Positions 60,169-64,000 of a stretch of 64,000 nt of DNA are shown here, piece after piece. A program made the position numbers and the translations under genes. The stretch's first letter is position 1, and every line of letters starts with the position of its first letter. The notes beneath the pieces were generated by a model. That model saw only the letters and a list, made by a program, of their open reading frames with translations. It did no database searches and was not told the origin of the DNA. Origin of the DNA: a virus; IMG/VR virus record IMGVR_UViG_3300034107_000314, positions 32,001 to 96,000 of that record, one strand, 5' to 3'.

Positions 60169-60837
60169 TTACACCTCTAGTTCTACATAGCTTAATTCAT
60201 CAATACATCTGAATTGAGTTCCATTAATTTCACTAGCCCAGTTATTATGATAGTGACCAAAGTACCAACGCTTAGGTTGATGGGATTGGAACATCATTTC
60301 TAATAACTCGCTTGTCTTAGTAGTGAACCTCTGAGGGTTATACCCAAACATTTCAAGGATTTTATTATCCCCGACATATTGCGAAATACTTCTGGGACAT
60401 TCGTGAGTAATCACAACGTCTGGTTTCATTTTCTGATATTGCCATAAAGCCATTTCCATTTCTTCCATTGAGAGTTCTTCATTATCCCAATAAGATTTAG
60501 CTCCACCCATTAGAAAACTCTTTTGTCGTTGCTTCCAGTCAATCGAGAATCCACCCCGAAGGAAAAAGAAGTCGAGTCCACCATGAGTTGCAGTCCCATA
60601 ATCTTTACTCATGCCCGTTGTAATTGTAGATTCTACAACATAAGGAGATCCGTAATATCTATCATAGTTGTCATGGTTTCCACCAATAAACTTATGATTG
60701 TCTTGATTGATAGCTCTTAGCTCAGAGTAGTCAAATCCCATATCTCCAACTTGGATAGAATAATCGCACTCTTTAGTGAGTGCGATATAATCTTGAAATT
60801 TAGCATGAACATCGCCAATAATTCTTAGTGTAGACAT
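60169..60837 (-). CDS. calcineurin-like metallophosphoesterase
   Basis: GDVH, GD, GNHD, THECP, FGHYH. Confidence 0.9.
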   Translation of the reverse strand: MSTLRIIGDVHAKFQDYIALTKECDYSIQVGDMGFDYSELRAINQDNHKFIGGNHDNYDRYYGSPYVVESTITTGMSKDYGTATHGGLDFFFLRGGFSIDWKQRQKSFLMGGAKSYWDNEELSMEEMEMALWQYQKMKPDVVITHECPRSISQYVGDNKILEMFGYNPQRFTTKTSELLEMMFQSHQPKRWYFGHYHNNWASEINGTQFRCIDELSYVELEV

Positions 60838-60840
60838 AGT

Positions 60841-61107
60841 TTACCTTGCGTATTCTGTTTTAAAGTACCTATCTGCTCGATCAACCATACGTTGAATAGA
60901 TCGCTCCACTAAGCCCTCTTTTTTCACTGGAATTTCTGGAAAAATCCCAAGTTCTGCTCGCCCAATAGCAATGTTCTTTGCAATCTTCTTGTCAAATTCA
61001 TCTTTTGGATTTAGAAGGCTAATTCCAATTGAATCCTTGTTAATAGCAACAATACAACCAATAGGTTCACGCTTAGCATTACGGATATATTCACACAAAT
61101 AATTCAT
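60841..61107 (-). CDS. hypothetical phage protein
   Basis: NPKDEFDKKIAKNIAIGRA motif. Confidence 0.65.
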   Translation of the reverse strand: MNYLCEYIRNAKREPIGCIVAINKDSIGISLLNPKDEFDKKIAKNIAIGRAELGIFPEIPVKKEGLVERSIQRMVDRADRYFKTEYAR

Positions 61108-61120
61108 TTTTTTCTCCTGC

Positions 61121-61131
61121 TGTGTATAGTA
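61121..61131 (+). promoter_or_regulatory. putative late promoter TGTGTATAGTA
   Basis: Directly upstream of SD GGAGG and an HNH gene. Confidence 0.6.
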
Positions 61132-61149
61132 TTACGGAGGTAATTCAAT

Positions 61150-61755
61150 ATGAAACAATGTAAGAAGTGTTTAGACACAAAAGATTTATCGGATTTTACA
61201 AAAAATAAGAATTCAAAAGACGGTTTATGCTGTTATTGTAGAATATGTAAATCTCAAGTAGATCGTGATTACTATAAAAATAATAGCAAAGAGATCAACA
61301 AGAGAAGGTTGTCGTATCATAAAACCAGTCCGATTCCTAAAGAATGTCGTAAACGATATGCAAAAAGTGAGAAGGGCAAAATGGCCCAACGTAAATATGT
61401 TAAAAAACGCTATCAGTCAAATCTTGAATTTAAGATTCGGACAACGCTTAGAAGTCGATTAAAACATGCAATAGACGGAAATATTAAAAAATTATCCGCT
61501 ATTAAATTACTTGGATGCACTGTAGAATATTTTATATCGTACATTGAATCCAAGCTATTGCCTGATATGACTTGGGAAAATTATGGAAATCCCAATGGAA
61601 ATCATAGTGATTGTTGGCATATTGATCACATAATACCATGTGCTAGATTTAATCTAGTAGATCTAGAACAACAAAAATTATGTTTTCATTATACTAATTT
61701 ACAACCACTATGGGCAAAAGATAATTTATCTAAAGCTGATAAAATTATCAGTTAG
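61150..61755 (+). CDS. HNH/EndoVII-like homing endonuclease, paralog of 58710-59249
   Basis: CKKC..CRIC; MTWENYG...WHIDHIIPC; NLQPLWAKDN. Confidence 0.85.
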   Translation: MKQCKKCLDTKDLSDFTKNKNSKDGLCCYCRICKSQVDRDYYKNNSKEINKRRLSYHKTSPIPKECRKRYAKSEKGKMAQRKYVKKRYQSNLEFKIRTTLRSRLKHAIDGNIKKLSAIKLLGCTVEYFISYIESKLLPDMTWENYGNPNGNHSDCWHIDHIIPCARFNLVDLEQQKLCFHYTNLQPLWAKDNLSKADKIIS

Positions 61756-61993
61756 AAAATAGTTTGTTCAATTCTTCAATTTCTAGATCAATTTTGACGA
61801 TAGCTTGCAAAAGTGCTTCTCGTCTATTTTTCAATCTTTCAAGATTAACACTTGCTTCATATAGTTTTTTGTATTTGGCAGTCAAATCAGATTGAGCTGA
61901 CTGTTCAGTTTCAGGTTTTTCTTCCATCCTACTTTTGAAGATCTCATCAATAGTATTTTGAAGATCTTTAAAATCGACTGTCCAAGTTGGCAT
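61748..61993 (-). CDS. coiled-coil hypothetical protein
   Basis: 81 aa. Confidence 0.6.
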   Translation of the reverse strand: MPTWTVDFKDLQNTIDEIFKSRMEEKPETEQSAQSDLTAKYKKLYEASVNLERLKNRREALLQAIVKIDLEIEELNKLFSN

Positions 61994-62204
61994 CTTTATT
62001 CTCCATTTGAAACACGGTTAAGTTGTCCACGTCTTTATTATACTTGACAGAACCCTGATTGTCAAGCAAGTCCGTAGAAAAATTTCCAATTTCCACTCCA
62101 GCGTTCGTCACGGTCACTGTTCCCGTAAGAAAACGACCATCTTCTTTTCCACCAACAACTGTTTGTGATACGAATGATTCTGTAAGTTTAGCTGTTTGAT
62201 TCAT
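61968..62204 (-). CDS. hypothetical protein
   Basis: SD GAGGAG before ATG 62204. Confidence 0.6.
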   Translation of the reverse strand: MNQTAKLTESFVSQTVVGGKEDGRFLTGTVTVTNAGVEIGNFSTDLLDNQGSVKYNKDVDNLTVFQMENKDANLDSRF

Positions 62205-62385
62205 TTTTAATCTCCTCAAGTCTTTTAATGATAGCATTCCACTGGGTAGGCATCAGGCAACCGGATAGCTGATGCAACAAAAATTTAATCTGTTCTTCCT
62301 GAACTTTCAACTTCAATTCTAAATCTCGCATGTTGCTTTCCATAAATGTGAAATTTGGGTCAATTGATTCTAGATCTTCAGACAC
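62188..62385 (-). CDS. hypothetical protein
   Basis: GTG start with SD AAGGA. Confidence 0.55.
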   Translation of the reverse strand: MSEDLESIDPNFTFMESNMRDLELKLKVQEEQIKFLLHQLSGCLMPTQWNAIIKRLEEIKNESNS

Positions 62386-62411
62386 TTTACTGTCCTTTCG
62401 TTAGTGGTTAG

Positions 62412-62486
62412 TGGAGCGTGAGGGAATCGCACCCTCGCCCTTCCGTTTTCTCCAGAAGCTGTTAAGCTAAACTACAGTAACGCCCC
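62412..62486 (-). ncRNA. non-canonical tRNA-like RNA with Ala identity (G3-U70, A73)
   Basis: GGGGCGT/ACGCTCC acceptor stem; T-arm GAGGG-TGCGATT-CCCTC; loop GAGAAAA lacks U33. Confidence 0.7.
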
Positions 62487-62494
62487 GTTTAAAA

Positions 62495-62584
62495 AGTTGG
62501 ATGGGGAGATCTTGGCTCCATAGGAATTGCAGTCCTCTGATATACAATCTATCATACATACCACCCATTATTGTACATCCAACT
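62495..62584 (-). ncRNA. candidate multibranched RNA between tRNAs
   Basis: 9-bp closing stem AGTTGGATG/CATCCAACT enclosing three short hairpins. Confidence 0.4.
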
Positions 62585-62585
62585 A

Positions 62586-62670
62586 CGAGAAGTGAAGGAT
62601 TTGAACCTCCGGGACTTTTACATCCTTCCGTTTTCAAAACGGACGCATTAGGCCACTCTGCCAACTTCTC
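62586..62670 (-). tRNA. tRNA-Ser(TGA)
   Basis: Cloverleaf with long variable arm; TCCGT-TTTGAAA-ACGGA. Confidence 0.9.
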
Positions 62671-62673
62671 AAG

Positions 62674-62746
62674 GGTACTCGACGGGATTCGAACCCGCAA
62701 TCACAAATTCCACAAATTTGGGCTTTACCAATTCAGCTACGAGTAC
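62674..62746 (-). tRNA. tRNA-His(GTG)
   Basis: CAAAT-TTGTGGA-ATTTG; C73; G-1 not encoded. Confidence 0.88.
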
Positions 62747-62748
62747 AG

Positions 62749-62826
62749 TGGAAGTGAGAGGAATTGAACCTCTGCAAATGTCCCGGCGTTTCAAACCGGC
62801 GCTCTACCAAACTGAGCTACACTTCC
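62749..62826 (-). tRNA. tRNA-Phe(GAA), enlarged variable loop
   Basis: CCGGT-TTGAAAC-GCCGG. Confidence 0.8.
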
Positions 62827-62846
62827 AATATCATTGAGACTGCAAA

Positions 62847-62920
62847 TCTAGATGAGAGGATTTGAACCTCTGGCCTCCTGTTCCCAAAACAGGCGCTCTA
62901 CCAAACTGAGCTACACCTAG
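62847..62920 (-). tRNA. tRNA-Pro(TGG)
   Basis: CCTGT-TTTGGGA-ACAGG; C1-G72, A73. Confidence 0.9.
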
Positions 62921-62925
62921 CTCTA

Positions 62926-63015
62926 CGGAATCGACAGGATTTGAACCTGTGGGAACTCAAATGCAGCTCCAACGGTTTAGCAAACCGCCGCCTTAAACCA
63001 CTCAGCCACGATTCC
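62926..63015 (-). tRNA. tRNA-Ser(GCT)
   Basis: GCGGT-TTGCTAA-ACCGT; long variable arm; G73. Confidence 0.9.
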
Positions 63016-63025
63016 TTACTACTGT

Positions 63026-63054
63026 ATTATACCCTATGCCAATCAAAAAGTCAA
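63026..63054 (-). promoter_or_regulatory. sigma70-type promoter of the tRNA cluster
   Basis: TTGACT-17-TATAAT, 10 nt upstream of tRNA-Ser. Confidence 0.8.
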
Positions 63055-63063
63055 CTGTTTTTT

Positions 63064-63375
63064 TTACAGTGTTGTTCTTCTCGGTCTTGGCGGCGGCGTT
63101 GGAATGCCAGTTGGCCTCAGCGGTGGAGTCACTGGAGTAACTACAGGAGCGTCCCTGTACGCAGATGCGACAAGAGACTCAGCTTCTAGTTTAACACCGT
63201 CCAGCGTCAAAGCAAGTTCTTTTCTTTCATACGTCAAAAAGATATCACCGAGCTTATAAATTGCACGCAATGTGTAGGTACTGTTGTTGTTTTGAACGAT
63301 AGAAATATCTAAATCTCTATACTTGGTATTGAACGAGTTACTTGTTACAAGTGTCCAGCTGTCGGAACGTATCAT
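63064..63375 (-). CDS. hypothetical protein, paralog of 63386-63853
   Basis: Shared W..V.S.S....Y..L..SIVQ..N..Y pattern. Confidence 0.65.
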   Translation of the reverse strand: MIRSDSWTLVTSNSFNTKYRDLDISIVQNNNSTYTLRAIYKLGDIFLTYERKELALTLDGVKLEAESLVASAYRDAPVVTPVTPPLRPTGIPTPPPRPRRTTL

Positions 63376-63385
63376 ATTATTATCC

Positions 63386-63853
63386 TCAAATAGTTTTTGG
63401 TGGTAGTGGTGAACTATTAATTACTTTACCAGATGGATCTTTAGGAACCCATACATAGCTTTCATTATCAATGAAGTCTTGTAATTTTGGCGGCAAACAG
63501 TTAATTCTAGACATAAGAAGCATAACGTGCGTCTTGCTAGCTTCAGTATATTTCTTTATAGCTGCGGCTCGTCTGTTCCTAGCTTCTTGTTCTTCTTGAG
63601 TTATTTTTGGTAAAACAATAGGAAGTACTGCCACTCCAAAAGCCTGCAATACTACCTTATCCGCTTCATCTTTTGCTGCGTCTATCGTTGGCAAGTCCAA
63701 AGACTGATTTAAAAAATTTGCATTTCCAACTTTTATTGCGGCAGTGAAGTCATATAATCCATTCTCATCTTGCACAATAGAGAATTTAAGATTGTTGTAA
63801 CTTGCCACTTGACTTTTAGAATTTACTGAAACCCAATTATTTACTGTTCTCAT
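63386..63853 (-). CDS. hypothetical protein
   Basis: 155 aa with SD GGAG. Confidence 0.65.
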   Translation of the reverse strand: MRTVNNWVSVNSKSQVASYNNLKFSIVQDENGLYDFTAAIKVGNANFLNQSLDLPTIDAAKDEADKVVLQAFGVAVLPIVLPKITQEEQEARNRRAAAIKKYTEASKTHVMLLMSRINCLPPKLQDFIDNESYVWVPKDPSGKVINSSPLPPKTI

Positions 63854-63999
63854 TTATATGTCTCCACTGTTATTATTTTTCTTAATTCGTTTACATATTT
63901 AGATTCTGGATTTACTCCGATAATCTTAGCAAATACACTTCCTTTGTTGAATATATATACTGATGGCATTGCAGAAACGCCATACACAGTTGCTAAATT
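63850..63999 (-). CDS. thioredoxin, C-terminal part (gene starts beyond the window)
   Basis: Translated by hand: NLATVYGVSAMPSVYIFNKG..IIG (cis-Pro loop region of thioredoxin). Confidence 0.7.
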   Translation of the reverse strand, partial: NLATVYGVSAMPSVYIFNKGSVFAKIIGVNPESKYVNELRKIITVETYK

Positions 64000-64000
64000 A

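Noticed and set aside
6388-60720. Numerous short + strand ORFs opposite recognised genes
   Set aside because: Antisense shadows of coding sequence with no recognisable motifs.
62412-62584. Full-length or permuted tmRNA
   Set aside because: The 5' and 3' acceptor strands are only 75 nt apart in normal order; no tag reading frame or pseudoknots are seen.
62467-63189. ORFs of 77, 88 and 82 aa over the tRNA cluster
   Set aside because: They overlap tRNA genes and are incidental.
1-64000. Stop-codon reassignment
   Set aside because: Conserved enzymes are full length in the standard code, and genes end in TAA, TGA and TAG with tight coupling; no suppressor tRNA is present.
1-64000. Bacterial chromosome or integrated prophage
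   Set aside because: rIIA/rIIB, phage-type nucleotide genes, homing endonucleases and unidirectional dense packing indicate a phage; no integrase, att site or host housekeeping operon is seen.

Overview
This window is a gene-dense, AT-rich segment of a large lytic dsDNA bacteriophage genome using the standard genetic code, with many TAATG/ATGA gene couplings. The host is probably a Planctomycete, inferred from a DUF1559 prepilin-type H-X9-DG gene. Bases 1-5.8 kb (+) hold Cys-rich, probably structural genes, followed by a candidate kissing-loop RNA and a bidirectional terminator. Almost everything else is on the - strand. It includes a replication/recombination block: DnaE split into two genes around a DnaQ-like exonuclease, plus SSB, primase, DnaB, RecA, a Cas4-like nuclease and an annealing protein. 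Nucleotide metabolism genes are NrdJ, dCMP deaminase, dUTPase, ThyX, dNMP kinase and thioredoxin. The window also carries two sugar-modification clusters, a papain-like peptidase with a run of membrane proteins (lysis candidate), a phage sigma factor, rIIA/rIIB, UvdE, PhoH, several free-standing endonucleases and five tRNAs. Signals not in the ORF track: (i) a recurrent TGTGTATANTA promoter-like motif upstream of structural and HNH genes; (ii) an HNH gene that inserted into the last codons of nrdJ and swapped its redox tail; (iii) a 75-nt tRNA/tmRNA-like RNA with the G3-U70 alanine identity pair but a non-decoding loop; (iv) a two-hairpin kissing-loop RNA; (v) an insulated pilin-like gene next to a methyl-sugar glycosylation island. 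All family assignments come from motif recognition by eye; no database searches were run.
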